From: a bacterium
GTDB lineage: Bacteria; Patescibacteriota; CG2-30-54-11; JBAXVQ01
Assembly (NCBI GenBank): GCA_037128935.1
Contig: JBAXVQ010000003.1
Coordinates: 1,980-65,979, forward strand
Reading direction: 5' to 3'
Length of the DNA stretch: 64,000 bases
Part shown: piece by piece, positions 1-8,528 of the stretch
How the letters are laid out: the number at the start of each line of letters is the position of its first letter
Numbering within the stretch: position 1 is the stretch's first letter
Notes under the pieces: model-generated
The model's database searches: none
The model's input: only the letters and a program-made list of their open reading frames with translations
Told to the model about the DNA's origin: nothing
Position numbers and translations under genes: made by a program

Positions 1-1
1 C

Positions 2-238
2 TGTATTGTCAAAACCCCATCACTCCAAGACTACGCTTTTCGTTTATTAAAATGGCTACGAGGAACATATAAAGAAGGCCCAATAATCCGTTACGAACGT
101 ATCACTAGAAAAGTCACCATAGCATCAGATAAACCGTTATCAATACAGGCAGATGGGGAAATAATCGGAAAAACCCCAATTACTGTGGAGGTTGTTCCGC
201 AGGCAATAACGGTGGTTGTGCCGCTTCCTGTTGAGTAA
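2..238 (+). CDS. C-terminal fragment of a diacylglycerol-kinase-family lipid kinase (YegS/BmrU-like); 5' end lies outside the window
   Basis: Frame 2 is open from the window edge to TAA at 236-238. The translation ...SIQADGEIIGKTPITVEVVPQAITVVVPLPVE resembles the conserved C-terminus of DAGK-type lipid kinases. It is absent from the ORF track because there is no start in the window. Confidence 0.5.
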   Translation, partial: CIVKTPSLQDYAFRLLKWLRGTYKEGPIIRYERITRKVTIASDKPLSIQADGEIIGKTPITVEVVPQAITVVVPLPVE

Positions 239-1112
239 TAGCTCGGTCAAGTTTAAAAAAACGAATAAGAATGAGTGCCCCACCCAAGACCACAAACCCT
301 GCCGCCCCCGTCAATCCTATCGTCAGGTCGTTGCCTCCACTGAGCAGCATAATGGCCAGAGCGTAGGAGCCATTAAGTGTTCCGTGAAAAATTGCAGCTG
401 CAATTACCGACCCAGATCGTTCTCTGATAAGCGTGAACAACGGAGCCAACAACAGACACCAAATCGTCATCATGATGAGCCCGAAATAAGGATGCTGTGG
501 GTAATTGTGCCCCAGCAGAATCAACGGAGAATGCCAAAGTCCCCAGATAAAACCCGTAATAAAAGAAAGCTTCCAAAAGCCCAAATCTTTTAATTCGTCA
601 TACACAAAGCCCCGCCAACCAAGCTCTTCACCAAATCCCGCAACAGCATTAATCGTTAATCCCGCAACAATACTTTGAATCAAAACGAGCCAAAAGGGAT
701 GAATAGGTAGCGAGGCTGCCTGAGTTTTCATAAGCTGTACCTGCTCAGAAGTTAACTGTAAGGCAAAGCGATCATACATTCCTTCCATTCCAAGAGAAAA
801 ATGCACTCCTGGAAAAAGTAGTCCAACAGCAAACGTCAACAAAGCCAACACCACCGGCAACAGCAAAGCTACGACAAACCATCGGTTTAGACGGAAACTG
901 ATACCAAAGGGCTTTTTTAAAGGTTGTTTATAAACAACGGTTTGTAGAAAAATAGCGACACACATCGGCACAAACATATAGAAAACCCCAATAACCAGAG
1001 CAGAAGTACCAGTCCACAAGCCACCCGATGCCACAAAGCCAATAACAAGGGAGAAATTAATCAGGAACGTCAGAACCAAGAAAAGGCTTAACTTTTTATA
1101 CAGCCTACGCAT
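180..1112 (-). CDS. CPBP-family intramembrane glutamic endopeptidase (CAAX protease / Abi family)
   Basis: 310 aa polytopic membrane protein with family motifs EELGWRG (EExxxR), IWGLWH (FxxxH-type) and a distal HGTLN. Confidence 0.85.
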   Translation of the reverse strand: MRRLYKKLSLFLVLTFLINFSLVIGFVASGGLWTGTSALVIGVFYMFVPMCVAIFLQTVVYKQPLKKPFGISFRLNRWFVVALLLPVVLALLTFAVGLLFPGVHFSLGMEGMYDRFALQLTSEQVQLMKTQAASLPIHPFWLVLIQSIVAGLTINAVAGFGEELGWRGFVYDELKDLGFWKLSFITGFIWGLWHSPLILLGHNYPQHPYFGLIMMTIWCLLLAPLFTLIRERSGSVIAAAIFHGTLNGSYALAIMLLSGGNDLTIGLTGAAGFVVLGGALILIRFFKLDRAITQQEAAQPPLLPAEQPPQ

Positions 1113-1129
1113 TGTTCGCCTCCTTTGAT

Positions 1130-1792
1130 TTATGTGCGCGGTAGTGTTTTTGTCTTTTTATAGAGCAGGTATGAGTATACAGATGGAAAGAAAGCCGCTA
1201 AAAGAATTGCACTTATACAGATAGAAAATGCCAAGACAGCAGGTAGAAAAGCAGAAAACATACTAATAATACCCGCCACAACGAAGCATTTTCCACCAAA
1301 TCGATGTGTTTTATTCCAGTTGTCTTCACTCTCCAAAGTCCATGGTAACTTGATTCCCACAAACCAGTTTTGCTTTACCTTTCCAAGGAAGTTACCGATA
1401 ACACAGTAAAAAGCTCCAAGGAGTAGAGGCATCACTTTTCCCATTTCAAGTGAATAGCCCAGTCCAATAGCGGTTGTTATACCAGAGAGCGCAGCAAGGA
1501 AGACTATTAATCCGAGACGAATGTGCCGGTAAGCCTGGTCAAATGAAGCATATTTTTCCTTTTTAGGATCAAAGTAAGGAACATACAGAGTGAGAAGAAA
1601 AATAACTGTTGCCAGTATAAACGGAAAAAAAGCCCAAAAACTTTTCGAGCCCCAAGCGTCGGTCTGTCCATAAATATTCCAGTGTGCCGGTACGGTTTCT
1701 GGTAGCATAGGATAAGCGAAAGCTGCTGTGGCAAGCATAATGCCGAGTACAACAATGCTTGGTAGTTCTTTTTTCCAGTTGATCTTGTACAT
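1130..1792 (-). CDS. SdpI/YhfL-family membrane protein (immunity/signalling type) with DUF1648-like N-terminus
   Basis: 220 aa. N-terminal PETVPAHWNIYGQTDAWGSK segment and SdpI-type core NWFVGIKLPWTLESEDNWNKTHRFGGK, with multiple TM helices. Confidence 0.75.
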   Translation of the reverse strand: MYKINWKKELPSIVVLGIMLATAAFAYPMLPETVPAHWNIYGQTDAWGSKSFWAFFPFILATVIFLLTLYVPYFDPKKEKYASFDQAYRHIRLGLIVFLAALSGITTAIGLGYSLEMGKVMPLLLGAFYCVIGNFLGKVKQNWFVGIKLPWTLESEDNWNKTHRFGGKCFVVAGIISMFSAFLPAVLAFSICISAILLAAFFPSVYSYLLYKKTKTLPRT

Positions 1793-1795
1793 GGG

Positions 1796-2098
1796 TTACT
1801 TTTCCTTTTTCGATGGTATACGTTTCTCGTTAAATTTTGCGAGTAAGTCGAAAACCAGTCCTGTTGTCTCTTCAAGCACACTCACGTTGAGCGAGTAATA
1901 AATCTTCTGGCCTTTTCTTTCTGTTGTAACGAGGTTTGCCTGCTTAAGCACATTGAGATGATGAGTAAGCGATGGTTTTGTTATTAAAAACTGCTCAATA
2001 ATCTCCCCAGGAGTCATATCTCGTTTCTGCAGCAATTTAAGAATATCGCGACGAGTCTGGTCTGAAAGTGTGTAAAAAATATAATTTAAAGGCGACAT
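1796..2098 (-). CDS. ArsR/SdpR-family winged-helix transcriptional repressor
   Basis: HTH region LSDQTRRDILKLLQKRDMTPGEIIEQFLITKPSLTHHLNVLKQANLV. I place the start at ATG 2098 (MSPLNYIF...) instead of the track start 2248, whose extra 50 aa are hydrophobic filler. The stop lies 3 nt from the sdpI-like start. Confidence 0.8.
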   Translation of the reverse strand: MSPLNYIFYTLSDQTRRDILKLLQKRDMTPGEIIEQFLITKPSLTHHLNVLKQANLVTTERKGQKIYYSLNVSVLEETTGLVFDLLAKFNEKRIPSKKEK

Positions 2099-2263
2099 AG
2101 CTTGATAGTTAGAGTGTTGTCTAATAGTGTAATTATAGAGAATTAACAAAATATTCGTCAATACGAAGAGTTGGCAAATAGAAGCAGGCAATACGGACAA
2201 AGACACACTACGAAAAAATGATCGAAGAGCATATAATAGGGAAGTCAAAAGGATCCTTGTGTT

Positions 2264-3316
2264 ATGAAAGTTTTAAAGATTTCAAAAAAGAAAGAGTGGG
2301 AAGCCATCCTTTCAAAGTTAGACACTACAAGTAGTTTTATGCAGTCATGGGAATGGGGAGAGTTCAAAAAGCTGCAAGGTGAAAATCCATTGCGTTTGGT
2401 TGTTGTAAACGAAGATGATGCCAAACCTGAGTTGGCTGCTCAACTACTACAGATCACAGTTCCGTTTATTAAAAAAAAGCGTCTCTATTGTGCTTTGGGT
2501 CCCGTAGGAAAATTTCAAAATGATAAGGCTCTGACCACGCTCCTCCATCATCTCAACAATTATGCAGACAAAGAAAACCTCTTAACTGTGGATATTGAAC
2601 TTTCCACCTTACAAACCGATGCAACAGCAGCGGAAATTATTGAAGAACTAGAACAGAAACAATACAAGAAGCAACCCAAGACAACTCAGCCAATTTGCAC
2701 AACAGTTCTTGATTTAACTAGGACAGAGGAAGAAATTTTAGCAGCATTTAAAGAAAAAACTCGTTATAACATCAGATTGGCACAACGAAAAGGTGTTGTT
2801 GTAAAAACTCTTGAACAGCCAAATTGGGAAGGATTCTGCTCGCTCCTCAACGAAACTGCTGAACGCAACCAAGTAAGTTTCTACTCGAAACAGTATTTTG
2901 AAAACATGGGCGCATCACTAGCACCTTCTGGCATGCTTACCATGATTGAAGCATGGTTTGAAGAAAAGCTCATCGCCAGCCTTTTTGTTGTTGGTTATCA
3001 GGAAACCGGCACCTACCTTTTTGGCGCATCATCAAACGAATACCGAAACACGATGGCAAACTTTCTCCTCCACTGGGAAGCCATCCGTTTCGCAAAAAGA
3101 AAAGGATACACCCGTTACGATTTTTGGGGAATTAGCGATGGCACAAAGAACACCTGCAACTGGGAAGGGATAACAAGATTTAAGCTGGGATTTAATGGCG
3201 ATGTGATCAACTATTCAGGACAATGGAGAAAGGTATTTAAACCAATTACGTTAAGCCTTTATACTTTTCTGCAATCATTTCGCACGATGCTTGCGAAAAA
3301 AAGGAAGTCTCGCTAA
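2264..3316 (+). CDS. FemAB-family peptidoglycan interpeptide-bridge aminoacyltransferase
   Basis: 350 aa with FMQSWEWGEFK, TRYNIRLAQRKG and FGASSNEYRNTMANFLLHWEAIRFAKRKGYTRYDFWGI, typical of FemX/FemAB (lipid II aminoacyl transferases). Confidence 0.8.
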   Translation: MKVLKISKKKEWEAILSKLDTTSSFMQSWEWGEFKKLQGENPLRLVVVNEDDAKPELAAQLLQITVPFIKKKRLYCALGPVGKFQNDKALTTLLHHLNNYADKENLLTVDIELSTLQTDATAAEIIEELEQKQYKKQPKTTQPICTTVLDLTRTEEEILAAFKEKTRYNIRLAQRKGVVVKTLEQPNWEGFCSLLNETAERNQVSFYSKQYFENMGASLAPSGMLTMIEAWFEEKLIASLFVVGYQETGTYLFGASSNEYRNTMANFLLHWEAIRFAKRKGYTRYDFWGISDGTKNTCNWEGITRFKLGFNGDVINYSGQWRKVFKPITLSLYTFLQSFRTMLAKKRKSR

Positions 3317-3802
3317 CCATCCCTCACTTTTCCCATGAACATAAAGAAGCCAAAGGTTCACAGTAACAAGAATAGAATCCCGAAACAGCACCTCACGAGA
3401 GGATTCGCCAAATATTCGTAGCGAACCAAAGCACCCGCACTCCAGCAGGTCAATGCCCCGAAACAGATCAATAGTGATCGCTCCCATAAACATCACCAAG
3501 AGCCCAAGTAACACAGTTAATCCAATACTGGGTTTCACGTTGAGTACCGTCAACACGCCACCAAACAGCTCAAAGAATGGAAGAATCGTGATAAAAGGCA
3601 TAATCAAGGGTTCAGGAACCAGTTTGAACTGGTAAACAACTTCATAAAGCGCAGCTTTATTTTCGGTCAATTTCAGCGTCCCTGAAAGGACAAAAAGACC
3701 ACCAATCATCAACTGCAACACGGTAATAGTGTGACGGTGTTTGAAGAACGCAAAGAGATATTTTTCAAACAATACAACCACTTTATTTGTAGATTCAGAC
3801 AT
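3275..3802 (-). CDS. MauE/DoxX-family redox-associated membrane protein
   Basis: 175 aa, 4 TM helices, ECGCFGS cysteine motif, LVPEPLIMPFITILPFFELFGG segment typical of MauE. The 3' end overlaps the femAB-like gene by 42 nt. Confidence 0.7.
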   Translation of the reverse strand: MSESTNKVVVLFEKYLFAFFKHRHTITVLQLMIGGLFVLSGTLKLTENKAALYEVVYQFKLVPEPLIMPFITILPFFELFGGVLTVLNVKPSIGLTVLLGLLVMFMGAITIDLFRGIDLLECGCFGSLRIFGESSREVLFRDSILVTVNLWLLYVHGKSEGWLARLPFFRKHRAK

Positions 3803-3835
3803 AAAAGACCTCTAGACCTTCAGGGAATAGTATCA

Positions 3836-4570
3836 CTATTGCTTTGCTGGAACTGTAGAAATGACAGGCGCGGTTGTTCCATTAGTAGGCTGCTGAGCTT
3901 CAGGCGTGATGGCTGGAAGTCCAAGCTCTTTACGGATGGTATTTTCCAAGTCTCGGTAACCAACCACAAGTGTAGAGTTTACGTAAAAAGAAGGAGTAGA
4001 ATTGATCTTCATACCATCTCCTTCCTGCATGTCGGCATCAACAAGAGCTTTTGTATCTCGATCAGCAACGCAGGCTTCAAGTTTAGTAGAATCAAGACCA
4101 ATTGCATCTCCATAAACTTTAAATTTATCAACCAGTTCTTTCTCGGTTTTTAAAGGCTCCCAAGTCTTTTGCTGACTAAAAAGGGCAACATTCATCTCCC
4201 AGAATTTATCTTGCTTCTGAGCACAACGGGCAGTAAGTGCAGCTATCCGAGCTGGTTCACCGTGAACCCCAATAAGAGGAAAGTCTTTGAAAATAAATTT
4301 AACCTGGTCTTTGTATTTTGGGTAAAGGAGCTGTTCTACGTAGGCTGCTGCAACACCGCAGGCAGGACAAAGGTAGTCAGCATATTCTCTGACAACGACA
4401 GTTGAGTCCAATTTTCCTCTCGCAGGACTATTGGTATCGTTGAAGCCTGAAGCTCCGCCACTCTTGAGGGTGAAAATCAACACAATAACAACAATAAACA
4501 CGATCACCAGTAATCCAAGCGTGATATTATTCAACGAACCTTCGGACGCTTTTTTTTCCTGCGTTGCCAT
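3836..4570 (-). CDS. DsbA-family thiol:disulfide oxidoreductase, membrane-anchored
   Basis: N-terminal TM anchor followed by a thioredoxin fold with the CPAC active site (YADYLCPACG). Confidence 0.85.
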   Translation of the reverse strand: MATQEKKASEGSLNNITLGLLVIVFIVVIVLIFTLKSGGASGFNDTNSPARGKLDSTVVVREYADYLCPACGVAAAYVEQLLYPKYKDQVKFIFKDFPLIGVHGEPARIAALTARCAQKQDKFWEMNVALFSQQKTWEPLKTEKELVDKFKVYGDAIGLDSTKLEACVADRDTKALVDADMQEGDGMKINSTPSFYVNSTLVVGYRDLENTIRKELGLPAITPEAQQPTNGTTAPVISTVPAKQ

Positions 4571-4653
4571 AAATAATCCTTTTGTAAATTTGCTTTTACT
4601 CTAAGCAAAAGGGAGAGACAATGCAATGGGCTGTTTCCTAAAAGGAAAGTAGC

Positions 4654-5151
4654 CTAATCATTGGCGGATGTGAATACTTTGTGCAGTTGTCTGAAGAGCT
4701 TGAGCCAGAAATCAGAAAAGTACACGATTGCTACTAGAAATGCTGTGATGATAGTTATCGCATCGTACGATTGGCGCACCCAGTAGTCGTCTCTTAGCTG
4801 TAGCCACATGCCAAACTCATCAAACGCCAAAGCCAATCCACAGCCATAAAGAAGTGCTATTCGTGCCTGGAAACGTGGCTCATGGTTAAGCAACGCCAGA
4901 TACCCTGATATCGCCAATATAATTATTCCCCACGTGAAATGGTGAATATGCGTGCCTCGAATCATGACAAAAAGCCAAGGCTGGGTGTAGACCAGTAAAC
5001 GAGTAAATACAAATGTTGGCAAGAAAGAGGCAAGCACCCAAAATGTCGTTTTTTTCTTTCTTTTGCTAATCAAAACGTTATAGGTCGATGGAATGATACG
5101 TCCAAGACGAGAAAGAAATCGAGAAATTTTTCCTTGAGTCTGGTCGGTCAT
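4654..5151 (-). CDS. Hypothetical polytopic membrane protein
   Basis: 165 aa, 4 predicted TM helices, IRGTHIHHFTWGI motif. The start overlaps the trpC stop by 4 nt, so co-transcription is likely. Confidence 0.5.
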   Translation of the reverse strand: MTDQTQGKISRFLSRLGRIIPSTYNVLISKRKKKTTFWVLASFLPTFVFTRLLVYTQPWLFVMIRGTHIHHFTWGIIILAISGYLALLNHEPRFQARIALLYGCGLALAFDEFGMWLQLRDDYWVRQSYDAITIITAFLVAIVYFSDFWLKLFRQLHKVFTSAND

Positions 5152-5966
5152 TGCTTCAGTCCTTTTAAAGCCATGATCAGCTGTGCAGGGTTGTCAGTTT
5201 TCATCAAAGCCGTTCCGACGAGAGCCGCTCTGCAACCAGCCTCTTTTACAAAAAGAATATCTTCACGGGTAGAAATACCTGACTCAGCAACCACCAGTTT
5301 GTCAGACGGGATTACTGAAGCCAATCGCCGAACTATTTCACGATCGATCGAAAAGTCTTTTAGATTACGAGAGTTGATGCCGATGATCGACGCTTTAGTT
5401 TGTAGTACAGTTTCCAACTCTTCTTCGGTGTGCACTTCAACCAGAGCATCGAGATGGAGTTGTTTTCCTAGATCAAGAAAGGTCTCGATTTGCTGCTTGG
5501 TAAGAATCGCAGCGATAAGGAGAAACGCCTGAGCATCGGCGAGTGCTGCCTCAAAAATCTGGTATTCATCGATAATAAAATCTTTCCGAATTGTTGGTGT
5601 GATCACCACCTGTCCCACTTCATGTAGGTCATCAAGAGAGCCATTAAAAAACTTCTCATCAGTGAGGACGGAAATGGCGTCACAATGACCCTGCTCATAA
5701 GCCAACGCCTGTTCTATCGGTGCATCAATTGCTTTGATAGTACCGGCAGAAGGGGAGGCTCGTTTAATTTCCGCGATGATGGCGATGTCACCTTCACGTG
5801 GCGTAGAAAGTGCCTGACTGAAAGAAAGTTTTTCTGCAACGAGGTGCCTTTGACCAACAACTCTTTGAAGCTCGGCGAGAGGCACCTGAGCTTTTCTAGC
5901 CTGAAGTTCCAAGATCTTGTGTGCAACGATGGTGTCGAGGATTGTGTCGGTTTTTTGATTGTTCAC
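5148..5966 (-). CDS. trpC: Indole-3-glycerol-phosphate synthase
   Basis: 272 aa TIM-barrel enzyme with IAEIKRASPSAG, DAISVLTDEKFF, LIAAIL and ESGI motifs characteristic of TrpC. Confidence 0.9.
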   Translation of the reverse strand: MNNQKTDTILDTIVAHKILELQARKAQVPLAELQRVVGQRHLVAEKLSFSQALSTPREGDIAIIAEIKRASPSAGTIKAIDAPIEQALAYEQGHCDAISVLTDEKFFNGSLDDLHEVGQVVITPTIRKDFIIDEYQIFEAALADAQAFLLIAAILTKQQIETFLDLGKQLHLDALVEVHTEEELETVLQTKASIIGINSRNLKDFSIDREIVRRLASVIPSDKLVVAESGISTREDILFVKEAGCRAALVGTALMKTDNPAQLIMALKGLKQ

Positions 5967-6110
5967 GGAGAGAGAGTCCTTGTCTTTAGTACCTATTTCA
6001 GTACACCAGTCATTTGGTTAATTGGTTTCTTTACCGACTACTTTAGTGTCAAAAAATGCCATCGTAATAATCACTCGTAATAAATTGTAAGGTAGAGGTA
6101 ATAGAAAAAG

Positions 6111-6443
6111 TTAGGCATAAAAACCTAAACTTGATGCAAAAAATAAAATTAAAGATGCAAAATAAAAGTCAGCAATAAAAATAGGTAAAAAGGAATAAGA
6201 TTTTTGTGGTTTAAAGGAATATACAAAAAAAATCATAGATGCGCCGATAATGTATCCAATAGCCTGACCTACAGATAAATAATTAAGAAACTCTGCGACA
6301 CAAGACAAATTGAAACTACCACGTGCCTGGCAAGAATCAAACAAAAGTTTTCCAATAAATGCCCCCACCAAAGAAGTTAAAAGAGTGACAATATAGAATT
6401 CAAAAAATGGGGGAAAAGTCGGCTGTTTTTTTTCATAAGGCAT
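6111..6443 (-). CDS. Small membrane protein, paralog A of a tandem pair
   Basis: 110 aa. Aligns by eye with the N-terminal 100 aa of ORF 6633..7091 (FPPFFEFYIVTLLTSLVGAFIGK / FPSLFVLYIATLLASLLGAFIGR; VGQAIGYIIGASMIF / VGQAFGYIVGAYMIF). AT-rich. Confidence 0.5.
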   Translation of the reverse strand: MPYEKKQPTFPPFFEFYIVTLLTSLVGAFIGKLLFDSCQARGSFNLSCVAEFLNYLSVGQAIGYIIGASMIFFVYSFKPQKSYSFLPIFIADFYFASLILFFASSLGFYA

Positions 6444-6632
6444 AGGAAAGCTCCATTTATTAAACTGAAAACAGGTGCAAGGTTTTTTTAGGGTACCAAT
6501 TGTATCATGGACATCTATTGATAGAGGGCTGTTTTTCAGCGCTCATTTTAAGAAGCTTTTTATCATGAGGTAGTTGGAGAAAATGTATAGTAATTTTCTT
6601 TTATTACGGTACCTTCTTTTACAAATCAGCCA

Positions 6633-7091
6633 TTATTGTGAATCTTCTTCTTTGTCCACTGTCTTATCATCAAAAATTACAATCATAATAAACATGCGTA
6701 ATATATTATAAAGTGGAGGTAGAAAAAAAAGTAAAGCCTCAATATTGTATAAAGCCATTGTAATTAACAATAAAACTGCTGAAGTAAAGCAATCAAGAAT
6801 AAAAAATAGCAAAAAGTAATAAAACCCCTTTGCCTTGAAGGAATATAAACTAAAGATCATATATGCTCCAACAATGTATCCAAAAGCTTGTCCCACCGTT
6901 AAAGCTATGACAAATTCACCGAAACAAGAAAAATCCAAACCAGTTATACCTCCTGAATGCGACTGGCAGATAGAAGACAAAGTCCTTCCAATAAAAGCCC
7001 CCAATAAAGAAGCTAAGAGAGTGGCAATATAGAGCACAAAAAGAGAGGGAAAAGTTTGTTGATCTTTTTCATTAGACATAAGACGCCTCAT
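6633..7091 (-). CDS. Small membrane protein, paralog B of a tandem pair
   Basis: 152 aa. Same conserved blocks and cysteines as ORF 6111..6443, plus two further TM helices and an acidic tail. Confidence 0.5.
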   Translation of the reverse strand: MRRLMSNEKDQQTFPSLFVLYIATLLASLLGAFIGRTLSSICQSHSGGITGLDFSCFGEFVIALTVGQAFGYIVGAYMIFSLYSFKAKGFYYFLLFFILDCFTSAVLLLITMALYNIEALLFFLPPLYNILRMFIMIVIFDDKTVDKEEDSQ

Positions 7092-7295
7092 TTTTATTGA
7101 ATTATAAACAGTACTACTCTGAAATTTTTTCAGAATTATTGCTTTTTCAACTTAAACACACAATACGTTGACACAACTAAGAACAAGTACAACCATAATA
7201 GCAGCCCAAGTTGTATGCTTGATGGACTCTAAATACAAGACTATACGATTATTATTGCATTTCTTGTGTAATGATGAGTAGTTTTTTAATGTTTT

Positions 7296-8333
7296 CTAAA
7301 CAGCACTTAAAGTATTTCGCAAAACTACTACGCCCTTCTCAAACTCCCCCAAATCCACATGCTCCTCCGGCGTATGATCGAGCTTGGAATCACCAGGACC
7401 GTAGGCCACAATTGGGCATTTCCACTGTGGGCCAGCGATGCACATATCCGAGCTTCCGGTTTTTTTCACAAACCCAGGTTTTCCCCCTGCATCACGAATC
7501 CCGTTGAGAAACGCTGTTACTAAGTCATTTTGCTTGTCTGTTGCTATGCCCTGAAGTTCTTGGGTGCAAGTCAGGCTGACATTGCCTTTGTTTGTTTCGA
7601 TAAAGTGCTTCAACGCATAGTGGTCAAAATCCGGTGGAACACGGACAGCAATTTTTGCCGTCACTGTTTGTGTGATGCCGTTATCTTCGGTCTGGATGGT
7701 GCGAATTTCCAAAGTCGGGGATTCAAAGGTGCGTTCTTTTTGAAATGGTTCGAGAAAATGTTCTAGTGCGCAAAGAAATTTTATAGCCTGCTTTGTTGCC
7801 GTCTGTTCAGCCAGAGCATGGTGGGTGATCGATTGCGAAATGTGAATATCGTAGTTTACGATTCCCTTGTAGCCTAGGGTTATTTTGTCCCAACTACTTG
7901 GCTCTCCGATGATGCAAAAGTCTGGTGTGTATGTATCAAGGACAAAACGTGCACCTTTCGAAGTCGTAATCTCTTCTTCCACCGCTCCAATCACGACGAT
8001 CTGTTTGCCTTCCAATTCTTCATCCGACAACGCTGCTGTTGCCAACGTGAACGCTGCAAGAGGCCCCTTTGCATCCACGGAGCCACGTCCGTAGAGTTTG
8101 TTCTCTTTAATCTCAACCGGAATCTCGCCAGGCACAGTATCAATATGCCCAAGCAAAACGATTTGCCGTTTCCCTATTCCCCTTACTCCAACAGCATTTC
8201 CAGCCCCATCTACAAAGGCCTGGTCAAAGCCAAACTCCAGCATGGCTTTCACGAGAAACGCGCTTGCTTCCTGTTCCTGTGTGGAGACACTGGGAATTGC
8301 GATGAATTGTGCAAGAAAATCAATGGTTTGCAT
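7296..8333 (-). CDS. M20-family deacylase, ArgE/DapE/LysK type (probably [LysW]-lysine/ornithine hydrolase)
   Basis: LLGHIDTVPG, GRGSVDAKG and GPGDSKLDHTPEEHV metal-site motifs. Size and N-terminus match the short LysK-type enzymes. Start moved to ATG 8333 (MQTIDFL...). Confidence 0.7.
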   Translation of the reverse strand: MQTIDFLAQFIAIPSVSTQEQEASAFLVKAMLEFGFDQAFVDGAGNAVGVRGIGKRQIVLLGHIDTVPGEIPVEIKENKLYGRGSVDAKGPLAAFTLATAALSDEELEGKQIVVIGAVEEEITTSKGARFVLDTYTPDFCIIGEPSSWDKITLGYKGIVNYDIHISQSITHHALAEQTATKQAIKFLCALEHFLEPFQKERTFESPTLEIRTIQTEDNGITQTVTAKIAVRVPPDFDHYALKHFIETNKGNVSLTCTQELQGIATDKQNDLVTAFLNGIRDAGGKPGFVKKTGSSDMCIAGPQWKCPIVAYGPGDSKLDHTPEEHVDLGEFEKGVVVLRNTLSAV

Positions 8334-8404
8334 ACTACTAGTATAACCTGAGTTCGAAATAGGCAACATTCAATGAATGAAAAAAACTCTACCGGTGTCA
8401 TCCT

Positions 8405-8507
8405 GAAGCTTTTGTGAAGGATATCTTCGTGCCATGGTAGGGTTTCTGTTGCCCCACAAATGTTTGAAGAGATCCTTCGACTCCGGGGACTTCGCTCAGG
8501 ATGACAC
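8405..8507 (-). repeat. MITE-like hairpin element, family 1, copy a (inverted relative to copies b and c)
   Basis: Termini GTGTCATCCTGA... / ...CTCAGGATGACAC. The reverse complement aligns with 24284-24395 and 33848-33959. Confidence 0.85.
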
Positions 8508-8528
8508 ACTAAACATGCCACGGTGGTA

